Positions 25,400-37,375 of a DNA stretch of 64,000 nt are shown in pieces. The DNA is taken from positions 1,609,451 through 1,673,450 of the forward strand of contig MU058289.1 of the NCBI GenBank assembly GCA_013265495.1, in the 5' to 3' direction. Both the position numbers and the translations under genes were made by a program. Source of the stretch: Vicugna vicugna. Its lineage: Eukaryota. The notes below the pieces were generated by a model. That model made no database searches. It had not been told where the DNA came from and was given only the letters and a program-made list of their open reading frames with translations. Position 1 is the stretch's first letter. Every line of letters starts with the position of its first letter.

Positions 25400-26180
25400 T
25401 CTTTAACTTAATCAGGATATAATTCACATGTAGTGAAACGCATAGATCTTAAGTGTACGGTTCGATCAGCTTTGACAAATGCATATACCCATGTAACTCA
25501 CAGCCCGATCAAGATAGAGAGCATTTCTGTAACTCTCAGAGAGGTCTCTTATGCGCCTTTGCAGTCATTTCCCCCCTCCAGAAGCAACCATTACTGGTTT
25601 CTATCACCACAGATTAGTTTTGCTTGTGTTAGATTTTCTGAATGGAAATATGTGCTATATACTATTCTGTGTGGCGTTTCTTACTCAGCCTAACGTTGGT
25701 GAGATTAATCAATGTTGGTATGTGTATCAACTCATTCCATTTTATTCCCTGAGTAGTTTTCTCTTATATAACTATACCCCAGTTTATCTCTTCACCTGTG
25801 GACACCTGGGCTTTTTTCAATTTTGGCACTAATATAGAGAAAACTCCTATGAACATTCTTGTATAAGGCTTTTTGTGAACATACATTTTTATTTCTCTTG
25901 GATAAAATACCTAAGAGTGGGACTGCTGAGTTTAAGCTAAGAAACTGCCTAGCAGTTTTTCAGTGTTTGTACCATTTTACACTCTACCAGCAAAATATGA
26001 GAGTTCCAGTTGTTTCTCATCTTTACCAATGCTTGATGTTGTCAGTCTTTTTCGTTTTAACTATTCTAATGGGTGTAGAGAGGTATCTCATTGAAGTTAA
26101 TTTGCATTTTGCTGATGATTTGTGATGTTGAGAACTTTTTCATGTGCTCTCTGGCATTCATGTGTCTTTTGCTAACTGTA
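25400..26180 (-). mobile_element. Old L1 3' end
   Basis: tcttaagtgtacggttcgatcagctttgacaaatgcata; ccattttacactctaccagcaaaatatgagagttccagttg. Confidence 0.75.
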
Positions 26181-26499
26181 TCCTGGGAAAGTGCTTGCAG
26201 ATGGATAAACTCTCCCTTTGTCAACTTCAACTTATGTTCCAGTTCTCTGGATCAAGTGCTCTGAAATCCGGTCTCACGTTAGCTCTCCTGGTCTTTGCTG
26301 GTACATAGTGCATGGGTGTTATAGCTCCTTTGGGGTGTAGTCCCTTTCTTCTTGTATCAGGATCAGTGGGTTTTGTTGTGACTTAATCACAATTTTATGA
26401 TTAAATCACAGGTTTAGGATTAGAATCCTGGTAGGCAGGAAGGGCACCCCTGTTGAGGTGAGTGTGGGTGGGAAGCTGTCAAACTCTTTGTGTCCTGTG

Positions 26500-27000
26500 T
26501 AATTTTTTCAAAATAACTTTTGCCAAAAACTTGAATTTCTTCACTGCCAACAAATACTGTCAGTTGTTTTCCTTGAAGTGATAGGGTCACTTAGTTCATT
26601 TCTGAGAAAATGTGTGCCCAATACCCAAGACTGAATAACTCAGTTTGTCAATCATTCTTTTAAGTAGAAATGACATTCTGTCAAAAGAGCGGCTCCATTG
26701 GTTTTATAACTCAAATTTTCACGCAAGTGCCTTTCCTCAAGACCACCATTGTACTTCAGTGTGTAACAAGTGCTTTATGTACACTGCCCAGTTCATCACA
26801 TATGACATATTTTTATTAAAATATTAAAAAGATGTATCTTCAAGGGCAAGATCGAATAAAGTTAATGATATTTACTGTTCATCAAGAACATTCTTTAGTG
26901 AAGCTGGCTTTTTCTTCCCCCAGTGTGAGGGCCTGGCTGTAAAGAATACAATGACTCTGATAGTTTGATGCCACTGCCTTGATTTGTGCTAAGGCATCAA
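26500..27000. mobile_element. hAT DNA transposon fossil (Arthur1/MER63-like; family uncertain)
   Basis: caaatactgtcagttgttttccttgaagtga ... gccactgccttgatttgtgctaaggc, recalled from hAT consensus sequences. Confidence 0.55.
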
Positions 27001-27399
27001 CATCCTGCCAGTCACATCTGCTCCCCCCTTACCTGGGGGCAGATAACCCCTATCCTAACTTGTAATATGATAGATACGTTGTACCTATTTTTGAACTTCA
27101 TATAAATGCAATCACCAAATCTGTACTTTTTTGTATCCAGCTTCTTTCACTGAACATTGTTTGTGAGATTCGTGTGTGTGTTTGTGTGTGTGTTGTTGCA
27201 GTTTGTTCATTCTCATTGCAATTTTATATCTTCCTTGTATAACTGTTTATCCCTTCTGTGGTAGATAGACATTTGGGTTATGACCCCCCTTTTTTTTGGC
27301 TCTTATAAGTAGTGCTGTTAGGAGTAATACATCTGTCTTTTGATGAACATGTATACATGTTTCTACTGGCATTTACCTAGGAGAAGAATTTCTACGTTG

Positions 27400-27856
27400 T
27401 GTTAACCTTTAAAATAAAACAGCCAGTTACTTTACGAGCAAAATGGGTTTATCTGGGAATTTTCAAGACATACAAGCTAAGGCAAAACCATAGGCAAGAT
27501 TCTAGCAAACAAAGGAGAGGAATGTTACCTTACAGAGAAAAAAAGGAGGAAATTGGCAGGGACAGCTTTGAAAGAAAGTCCACTGGAGGAAAGGGAGAGT
27601 TCAGGGTGGGGATGGCTGGTTTCTTTGGGTGAGTGGTGGTAGGTTCTCAGCCTGAGGTTACTGCTGTGCAAGGAGAAAATCTTCCTTTCTTTCTCTTTTG
27701 GAGAAGTAAAGTGAGTAACTTTCTTCCTGTTGGAGATCCAAGTTACCTCTCTACCACTTTGGGGTGTGCAGACAGCAAGGAAGGATAGTGCGTGAGAGCT
27801 CCCCCTTCAGGGTCCTGGCTTCATTTTAAATGAGTTTCCCTTTATTAATTTTCACA
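27400..27856 (-). mobile_element. Solo LTR (ERV1-type) inserted in an old L1
   Basis: TG...CA termini (tgttaacc ... tttcaca). 4-bp TSD GTTG at 27396-27399 and 27857-27860. Confidence 0.82.
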
Positions 27857-27964
27857 GTTGTGAAGTATGTGTATATTCAGTTTTAGCAACTACTGCTTGT
27901 TGATTTTCTATGATTTTTTTGAAATAATGAAATTAGAGTGGAGAAACAACTTTGATTTATAATC

Positions 27965-28315
27965 TTCCCTCTGTATCTCTGGGGATTGGTTCCAGGACCC
28001 CCTGCTGATACCCAAATCTGTGGATGCTCAAGTCCCTTATATAAAATGGTGTAGTATTTGCATACAGCCTATGTACATCCTCCTGTGTACTTTAGATCAT
28101 CTCTAGCTTACTTAAAATACCTAATAGAGTATAAATGCTATGTAAATAGTTATAAATATAATGTAAATACTATGTAAGTAGCACCAGCATGTAGCAAATT
28201 AAAGTTTTGCTTTTTGAAACTTTCTGTGATTTTTTGTTTGTTTGTTTCTGAATATTTTCAGTCCATAGTTGGTTTAATCTGTGGATGCGGAACCCATGGA
28301 TTGAGGACTGACTGT
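27965..28315. mobile_element. MER2-like Tigger (TcMar) non-autonomous DNA transposon
   Basis: ggggattggttccaggacccc...ccaaatctgtggatgctcaagtcccttatataaaatgg ... gatgcggaacccatggat...gactgta. Confidence 0.85.
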
Positions 28316-28419
28316 ACACATAACAAAATAAAAGATGTAAACATTTTGTATTAGATTGGAGAGGCAGTTGGGGGCTACACTGTTCAGAGCCTGAATGCCA
28401 TATAAAGGCAGCGTGGGCT

Positions 28420-28640
28420 GGGTAGTACAATGAAGATGGGGCTAGGTTGACTCTCATGTCCACTACTTACATTGTGTTACCTTGGCCAAGCTGCTTTACA
28501 TTCCTCAACCTTAGTTTCCTCATCTGTAAAATGGGGTAGTACTCACCTAAAAGGATTGTTCGGAGATTGTATAAATAATATATGAAAACTGCTTAGAAGA
28601 GGACCTGATACCTAAGACACTCCCCCAAATATTAGTTTCT
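28420..28640 (+). mobile_element. MIR SINE
   Basis: Core ccttggccaagctgcttt...ccttagtttcctcatctgtaaaatgggg. Confidence 0.75.
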
Positions 28641-29039
28641 TCCAAAGGATTTTATTTGGGGAATGTAGGAGATATTGATAATATCTGAGCAGGAAAATAT
28701 ATCATTAATATTATGTCCTTTAAAATGTTTAATAAAATAAAGGTAACTCTGAGACTGAAGTATTAGAATTGCAATCTCCTAGTTTTCTGCTGGTCGGCAT
28801 GTTTTATGCCAAGCACAGAATGGAGGTGGGTGCATTTTAAGCTTCTTTCCCAAGATGCTGTTTTGCAAAATGCACAGACTCACTCCCATTATTGCAATGC
28901 TTTGAAGAGTAGAGACAACTTATTGCCATTACATAGCAATAGCCTTTCAGCATTCTTCTTCCTGTATCATTTGCCTCAGAGGATGAGGCCCTAAAAGGTA
29001 GAGAGGAGAGACCAAGATGCAAATAATTGGTCTTTGTCT

Positions 29040-29833
29040 TGTTGCCTAAACACGGCCTCCATACCCCACTTACCAAACTAAGACTTCAGATGTTTTGGAT
29101 GAAGTAGGAAAGGCAGCTTTATTTCTTTGCCAGGCAAAGGAGGTCACAGTGGGCTAATGCTTTTAAGACTGTGAGCCTGCTGGGGAGAGAAGGCAGAGGG
29201 TTTTATAGGAAAAGTTCAAGAGTTCAAGGCGTGGAGCTAGTTTCCATAGAGACTGCATCCAGGAGAACAAATTGTTGCAAAGTCATTCTTGTTTTTGCAG
29301 ATGTAGTGACCCCTTTCCCTTTGCTGGGTATGAAGTTCATCTCCGGCTTTGGGACTTTTCTAATATTCTTGTACTTAGAACAAAGGGTGTATAGGAAAGG
29401 GATCCCTGGAAAAGAGCTCTAGAGAAAAACTTGTGCAGTTTAAAGTCAAGGTGATAAATGCTTTTAGCCTTTTAAGCAGGCTGAGTCTTACACCTCAAAC
29501 AACAGGATACAAAGAAACCACAAGGGACCAAAAACAACTGCAGACATGTGTTCCTGAGTTACGAACAACAAGATACACGAAACCCTAATGCCGCTCCTGA
29601 GATGTCAGGGTCAAGGTGAGGGCACTGGGGGCAAAAGTAGGGCACTGAGCATGATCCTTGCACGCAGCACCACGAGGCGGATGAGTGGATCACTCAAGCC
29701 CTCTCCTTTCCAGCCTAACCCTGGTCAGCCAGAGCATGAGAAGAATCCTAAACCATTATACAGTTAAGCAGTTACAAGCATCATTACAGGTATCAGGTGG
29801 TCACCGATGACAATAAGGTCCTGCTCGGTTACA
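29040..29833 (-). mobile_element. Solo LTR, ERV1-type (family A, copy 2)
   Basis: TG...CA termini. 4-bp TSD GTCT at 29036-29039 and 29834-29837. Reverse-complement homolog of 11603-12405 (ORF-track peptides 12023-12274 and 29171-29422 align). AATAAA on the minus strand at ~29119-29124. Confidence 0.9.
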
Positions 29834-31289
29834 GTCTCAGCTATAAAGAGATGACCATTGCTGTTATAGTCAAAGAAAGGCAGAGCAAAAGGATCTGAGG
29901 CCCCAAAGTCTTAGGACCTAGTAGCATGAGCACTGACATCTGGTACAAGGAGGGGGTAAGGAACAGCATCAGGATCTTCACATTATACTCCCAGGTCTCA
30001 TTGAAAAATTAACAGATGGACCTGGTTGGAACAAAAGGTGGTAGCTTAGAGATGCTGGCGTGTTGTCTGGATGTTGGGGAGGAGAGAGCAGAGCCTGCTT
30101 GCCCACTGGATACGGGCTGGGTGAAGACTTGTCTTCTTTAGCCTCATCGTGAAACAGAGCTTGAAGGTGTCAGCCTGTGATTTGGTTATCTGTGGTCTCT
30201 TCCAATTAAACAAGGTATGTGTAGCAGTGAACGTCCTGGAAGTGTTCATCCGAAACTGTTGTTAGAGAATAACTCTATTTTCAAAGCTTGTGTTAAAAAA
30301 GATTAAAAAAAAAAAAGGGAAAGCTCCCTACAAGGAGGCAGAGCAGATAACTGACAACTCCCTCTCATCCTTCAGTCTCATCCTATGCCAGAATAATCTT
30401 CTTAAAACACCACATTGACTATGGGACAGCCCTACATTAAACCTTTAAGTGGCTCTCACTGCCTGTAAATAAATTTCAGACTTCTCATCCTGGTGTTAAC
30501 AGTCTTTACTTGAATTGGCTTCATTCTATCGTGAGCCTTCTTTGTGACTACCCACTAAACCATACTCTCTTCTTTAGCAAAGGGAGTTTACTTGAGCTTT
30601 CATGACTTTTTCATTCTTTGTGCTTTTATAAATCCTGCTTGTTCTTCAAGGGCTAATTGAAATTCATTTTCTGTCTTCCCTGAAGTTTTTCCTTGGCAGT
30701 CCAGCTTCAGGTATCCTTCCTGTGAATTTCTATAGCAAGTAATTCGTTCATATTTAATTTGATGACTAATCTTTTGCCACTATATCATGATATTTTGTTA
30801 TTATTTATATCTTTTTCTCTTTGCTCACTTCTTAATTGTTTTTTTTCCTCCAACCAATTTGTGAACTCCTTAAACCAGAGTCCCTGCTATCAAATAACTA
30901 TTTAAAAAAAATCAAGTTACTTTTTCTGTTTCATTATGTCAAGGCAGTGATTCACAAGTAATAGACCCTTAATAAGGGTGTGTGTGCTAACAATAAAAAT
31001 GAAGATAAGTAAAACTATATGCCAGAAAGCATGAAGGATATCTTACAAAACCAGATAAGAAAATGAGAACTGGATTTTCCTAGAGTCAGACGTGATGACA
31101 CATTGAACTGAGGATTCATGTCCTCCGGAAGACCAGTCTTATTGGAAGACAGTAACTTTGCATTGAATTCTTGATCCAACTGGGAGTCTCAAGAGTATAT
31201 TGCATTCTAATGCCCCACATGACTGTAAGTCCTAGGCATGCTATAGGTTTTAAGACCTTTGGACAAGTCTTTTGCCCAGAAATCCTTCA

Positions 31290-31790
31290 CTGATTCATTC
31301 ATTCATTCACTTCATTTTCATTACATGCCTGCTATGTTTCAGACTCTGCTGTAGGTGTTGGTGGTTCAGCAGTGGACAAGATAGACTTTGTCCATCTAAT
31401 GAACACATGTTCATTTTGTTGGGTATTGAGAGAGGAAGAAGGAGATAGATACTATATAAAATAATTTTGGAAGGAGATAATGGGGTGATTGGATAGTATC
31501 TGGGTGGGGTGGAGTAGAGAGAGTGGCTGTGAGTCTACTTTCGAGTTAGGGTGGTCAACTGCTTTTGACAAATGTTGTGAAGTGAGGAGCCCCCTGAATT
31601 TAGAGCTGACAAGACCTGGACTCTATCCAGCTCTGCCAGTTTTATCTCAGGTAAGACGCCCAATATCTCTGAACTTCAGTAGCTCATTTCTAAAATGAAG
31701 ATATTGATAATTACCTTACAGTGTTGTGAAAATTAAATGAGATGACACATATGAAAAGAAATGCTTGGTAACTAAAAAGAGTGATAAAAA
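31290..31790. mobile_element. L2 3' end (-) followed by MIR (+)
   Basis: (ttca)n then tgcctgctatgtttcagactctg (L2). ctctgaacttcagtagctcatttctaaaatgaag...gttgtgaaaattaaatgaga (MIR). Confidence 0.6.
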
Positions 31791-32357
31791 TATGATGTTA
31801 CTCTATTTCTCAGTTGACTAGTTGGATTTCATGTGGTGATGATGATTGTGGATGAAGCCTTTGGTGGGGCTGTGAAGCAGAGACCTGGGCCGTCTGAGCT
31901 TCTGGACCACTGGGTGTCTGCTCCTGAGAAGGTGGCTGCCTGCTTGGCTGCAGGAAAACAGAAGTCAGGCTAGGGGGACTTCCAAGGTGGGAGCAGAGAA
32001 ACCACCAATTCTTCATTAAGTCTCTATATCCTGTCCTGGATCCTTATGGGGTCACTAATGGTTTTTAAAAAAAAGTCCTTTTGACTTTGTGGATCTTTTC
32101 CTTCTCTCATATCTAAACAAGTATAGCTGTTAAGAGCTCACAAACTGATACTTAACTTAGGCAAACTGAATAGTAAAAAAAAATGTGTATGAATGTTTAC
32201 ACTCTTTTGAAGTTATAAACAAAATGAAACTGTTTATTTGACTTATAGAACTTTCTCTTTTGATTCCTGATTATTTTTGATGCTTGAAAGATGACAGCAG
32301 TGTGACTTCTATTTGTGGCCTTTTTAGGCAGGCAGGTGCTGCCATTTAGTTTTGTAT

Positions 32358-32358
<1 letters not shown>

Positions 32359-32398
<40 letters not shown>
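32359..32398. repeat. Poly(T) tract, 40 nt (another of 32 nt at 3520-3551)
   Basis: Uninterrupted T run, directly visible. Confidence 0.95.
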
Positions 32399-32400
<2 letters not shown>

Positions 32401-33177
32401 TGATTGCTGTCTTTGCTGACATTTGAGATGAAGTTTCTAGAGAAATTCTGAAACGCTAAACAGAGCTTTACACATAGAACCAAACTGATTTTTCATTTGC
32501 AGCTTATTGGAGTTGGTTTAAAATTATTTTGATTCCGTGACATGTTTAATATCTGTAGTATAACCTTTTTACTCAGACTATCTAGAAGGCAGAAAGGCTT
32601 TTTCTGGAAAATATTCTAGAAAATAGAAAGGCTAGTTGAGGACGGAAAGGTACTCTAGTGGATTGATACAGAGTTGTCTGTGAAGTGCATCGCTTTGGCC
32701 GTGGAGGTGTGCAGGCGACTCTGAACATTGTCAAGTTTTAAGTGTTGAAAAAATATTTTAGTTGTAGGCTGAAGGTGGCAAGTAAGGTTTTTGGGGTGGA
32801 TTAAACTTTGATCGGGGGCAAGCTTTTATATGACATTCCAGGTTTCCAGTGTGGCCTGGAAGCTCTGGAAGTGGTTTTCCCACCCCTCTGCCTCACCTTG
32901 TGTGACTTTCTTTTCCGTGCTGTCTTTGTCTTAGTTCCTGGGTGATAGCAATCACCTTCTCCCCGTAGGTTCTGTGTACATGCTGTTTCTTTCGCCAGGA
33001 ACCTTCTTCCCTCTGCTCTTATTTATTTACTTGTTAACTTTTGGAAATTGAAAATGCACAGCAGTCAAAAAAGAAAGCAACAATCACCCACATTCTTACC
33101 ACTTTAGACCAGCCACTGCTAACATCTTTGCATATTTGCTGTTAATATTTTTTAAAAGAAATATCACTATCAGTTTT

Positions 33178-34020
33178 GTAATGTTATGATTTAGAAGAAA
33201 TATATATTTTGTCATACAGATGATCATATATAGATTTCTCATATATTTGGTCTTCATCCAAGGTTCCTGTCTCATAGCTTCCCAAACCCTTGGAAGTGAT
33301 GAGAACTTAAAGGTATTTCTTACGTTAGTAAAGTGACTTTTGGAATGCACCTATGGATAGAGTTTGGTTGCTAGGAGGACCAAGTGTGATTAGCGGGTTG
33401 GAACTTTCAGTCCCACCCTCAGACGTCCTGGGAGGGGAGAGAGGCTGGAGGTTGAATCAATAGCTAATGGCCAAGAAGTTAATCAATCATGCCTAGGTGG
33501 TTGATCCTCCATAAGAATCCAAAAGGATGGGGTTTGGAGAGCTTCCAGATTGGTGAACCTGTGTAGATTTGGGAGAGTGGTGCACCTGGAGAGGGCATGG
33601 AAACTCCGTGCCCTTTCCTCAGACCTTGCTCTGTGCATCTCTTCTGTCTGACTATCCCTGAGCTATATCTTTTTACAATAGACTGGTAATCTAGTAAGTA
33701 AAATGTTTCTCTAAGTTCTGTGAGCTGTTCTAGCACATTAATCCAACCCAAGGTAGGGGTCATTGAAACCTCCAGCTTATGGTGGGTTGGTCAGAAGCCC
33801 AGGTGATAATCTGGCCTTGTGGCTGGTGTCTGAAGTGGGGGCAGGGAGACAAAGTCTTACAGGATTGAACCTGTAACCTGTGGATCTTGTGCTATCTGTA
33901 GGTAGAGAGTGTCAGAATTGAGTTGATTTGCAGGACACTTTCCTGGTGTCCTGAGAATTGTTGCTGTGAGGAATCTTCCCCCCAACCCCCCTGTACCACT
34001 ATGGAAATTGGGACCTAGAA
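33178..34020 (+). mobile_element. MER21-like LTR
   Basis: gggttggaactttcagtcccacc...ggaggggagagaggctggaggttga...aatcaatcatgcct; gtttctctaagttctgtgagctgttctagc. Confidence 0.75.
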
Positions 34021-34368
34021 CCCTTTTAGTTTGATAACAGTGATATTTGTTCATTCTAAAGAGTTCAAATAATGCAGAAAACTGCAATGATAAAATGTAA
34101 AAAAATACATAACCCTCCCTAAATCCTACCACCCAGAAACAACCACCATTAACATTAAATGAGCAACATAGCAGACACACACACACATGTGCACTCCTTA
34201 TTTGCTTCAGCACACGTTTCTGTGTGGTCTTCTGGCTTTGAATACTGCTATGGGGAAGTCTGAAGCCATCTAGATTCTTCTGCCTGGTACCTGAACAAGT
34301 CCTTATGTTTGAAGTTCAGTGGCTTCGGTGGAAAGTTGAGCTCTTTGTATCAAATTTCTTGTATGTGG

Positions 34369-35520
34369 TGTGGACCAGAAATTGTTGCCTGCCATTCCAG
34401 TAAGCAACAAATGTTGCCCATTGCCAGCTGCTGTAGCAGTCCTGATGGTACATCTTCAGGGGAATTCAGGAGGGAGAAAAAACAGGATACTGGCTCTAGA
34501 TAGTTAAAGGGCATGTCAAAGGAATGATTTCAGTGAGCCCACACTCTTGCAGCTTCCCAAGTACAGAAAAGCACTCAAATCATTAACTTGAGATATCTGT
34601 TTTTTTTTTTGTGATTAGCAGTAATCTTTTGATATTCTGACTACATGATTTTTTTGTTTAATTATTATTTAACTTTTTTTTTGTTGAAATATAGTTGGTT
34701 TATAATGCTGTGTTAGTTTCAGGTGGACAGCAAAGTGATTCAGATACACACACAGACACACACACACATACATACACACAGCTATTATTTTTAGATTCTT
34801 TTCCATTATAGGTTATTGCAAGATATTGAATATAGTTCCCTGGGCTATATAGTAGGTCTTTATTAGTTATCTATTGTATATATAATAGTGTGTATCTGTT
34901 AATCCTAAACTCCTAATTTCTCCCTCTTGCCTTTCCCCTTTGGTAACCATAAATTTGTTTTCACTGTCTGTGAATCTATTTCTGGTTTGTAAATAAGTTA
35001 ATTTGTATCATTTTTTTAGATTCCACATATAAGTGATATCATGTATTTGTCTTTATCTGATTACTTCACTTAGTATGATAATCTCTAGGTCCATCTGTGT
35101 TGCTGCATATAGTATTATTTCATTCTTTTTTATGACTGAGTAGTATTCCACTGTGTTATATATCAATTTTCTTTTTCTAGTCAATGCTGATGGACATTTT
35201 GGTTACTTCCATGTCTTGGCTATTGTAAATAATGCTGCTATAAACATTGGGGTGCATGTATCTTTTCCACTTAGAGTTTTCATCTTTTCCAGATATATGC
35301 CCAGGAGTGGGATTGCAAGATCACATGGTAACTCTATTTTTAGTTTTTTAAGAATTTTTTTTTTCAGCAAAAACTTGTATATATCCTGGCTCCTCCCTTA
35401 CCTCTTTGAAACAGTTCCTCAGAGCTGTCTGAGAGGCTGATTCCTGGGTAGTCCTCAGTAGTATCCCTGAATAAAACATAATTCTCAACTTTTAGGTTGT
35501 ACTTTTTTTTTCAGTTGACA
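34369..35520 (+). mobile_element. MER34/MER39-like ERV1 LTR interrupted by a young L1 3' end
   Basis: 5' half tgtggaccagaaattg... to ~34660. Resumes at ~35355 with ...cagttcctcagagctgtctgagaggctg...ccctgaataaaac...ttcagttgaca. Confidence 0.7.
34670..35353 (-). mobile_element. Young L1 3' end with (CA)n at ~34747-34779
   Basis: Same 3'UTR family as the other young L1 ends. Confidence 0.88.
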
Positions 35521-36304
35521 ATAATATGCCCTTTCAATGTCCAGACTTTTTTTTTTTCAAATCTAATTCTGAGAAATCATCTTGTGTTTCATCTTGGAAA
35601 CTTTCTGTTCCATTTGTTGGGTTTTTTACTGCAAGACACCAGTCATCCTAATACAGGATCATGTTTACCTGACTGCCATAGCCATAAGTTTCCTCTAATT
35701 GCTTTAATTTATTCTGACTTTTGAATCGTTGTTCACTGCCACTTCTGTAAACCCTTTTTTCTCATCTGGCTTTAATTTATTCATCAGCTGTGGTGGAGTC
35801 TGTTTTGTACCATTTCTAATGTATTGATTTGTTGTGTGATATCTTGGTCCTCAGTTTCATTAAGTCTGCACTCTTCCTTTTCATGCCATTTTGTTGTTCC
35901 CATCTTGCCTTAAGCTTTATTGAATTCGTGTTCTTTTTGACTTGCTATCATGAGAAGCAGTTGTGGGGAAGTGTTCCTCTGTTCTTTGAGTTAATTTTCT
36001 TCGGGGTTACTTTTGTGTGCTAAGCTCCTGGGAGGTGTTTGCATATTGCATGCTGTTTCCTTTGAACCTGCTCCTGCTTGGGTGGCTCTGTGTGTAGGCC
36101 CGCTTCTCTGCTCAGTGAGTTGACTAAATGGGGTGACTTCTCGACAGACTTTCTACAGTATCTGGGCAATCTGTTTTCCTTTGGGAACCGCAGAGTGAGG
36201 TCTGGATATTTCCCATTTTTCTGTGCCCTGGAATGGTGGCCAATAAGGGTAGCGTGGAGGTATGAGTTAGAGGGTCTGCTCAGTCAAGGGTTTGATCTGT
36301 AAAC

Positions 36305-37330
36305 AAGGCCAGTTACATAATTTCTGGGGCCCAGTACAAAATGAAGACATGGGGCCTTACTCTAAAGGCAGGAAAAAAGTGCCACTGAAGGTAGCAAAAC
36401 ATAAAGTTTTTTCCTTAAAAAAAATTTTGATGACTTACCGAACCCAATAGGGGTTATAGTGGTACATGAGTGACAATATAAACTTATGAATTGCAAAAAA
36501 TAATATTTTTGGTGTCCTAATTTTTGATAATTTAAAATTTTGAGACAGATATTTTTCTTGATGCAATAGTTACTGGAAGTATTAAGGATACTTTATAGGC
36601 TGTGACAGCCAGGATTGGCCATATGACTTATAGGGCCCAGTACAAAATGAAAATATGGAGATCTGTGTTCAAAGAAAGCAGGATATTCTGTTGATTCTTA
36701 TTTTGTGGTTGGCTTAATTCCTTTGATAACTGTGTAAGTTTAAGCTAAAGCTCTAAACTGTTCTTAGAAGTAATGAACAGTACATATATGTAAACTAAAA
36801 AAATGTACAATATATTGTATATATGTATTTACACGTAATATATTGTATATGTGCAGTCAAATCATAGCAATTCTACCTAATAAAACTGAAAACTGAAAAA
36901 AAAAAGCAGGATAAAAGTGCCATTAAAGGTACTAAAATATAATGCTTTGTCCTTTCATGGTCTCTCTTGACTTGTCATGGAGTTTTTTTGTTAGATATTT
37001 AATTTCATATTAGTAAAGAAAATTAAAAACTGAAATTATTAACATTCCTTTTACTGTTCATCTTTATATCGTGCAATGCTAGTTTTAAATACAAATATAT
37101 TAACATTTAATGTGGAATTGCCAAAATTATACAATTCATATTTCATAGCTTGTCCATGCATGTGTATTTTGTTCTTACAAACAGTAAGAACAGTGGAAAG
37201 GCTGCATAAAACTAAACAAAATATTTTTGTTTCACTTATATGCACATTCTGCCAACTCTCAACATTCAGGTTACTGATAAGTGAAAAAGGACTGAAAGTA
37301 AAAGGAACTTTGGGTTGCCTTATTTTTCCC
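36305..37330. mobile_element. hAT-Tip100-type DNA transposon fossils (MER96B-like), two related termini
   Basis: gggcccagtacaaaatgaa.a.atgg occurs at ~36326 and ~36633. Family name recalled and uncertain. Confidence 0.5.
36686..36902 (+). other. Short retroposed insert (probable mRNA 3' UTR end), source unknown
   Basis: AATAAA at 36879-36884, A-tail 36896-36905, exact 11-bp TSD AAAGCAGGATA at 36675-36685 and 36903-36913. The body does not resemble the L1 or SINE tails seen elsewhere in the window. Confidence 0.7.
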
Positions 37331-37375
37331 TTCCTTCTATTTTTCTGTCCTTCTACATGGAATATTCCTACAGGT

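Noticed and set aside
11603..29833. Full provirus or composite transposon bounded by the two homologous LTRs
   Set aside because: The LTRs are inverted, each has its own complete TSD, and no matching gag/pol/env lies between them.
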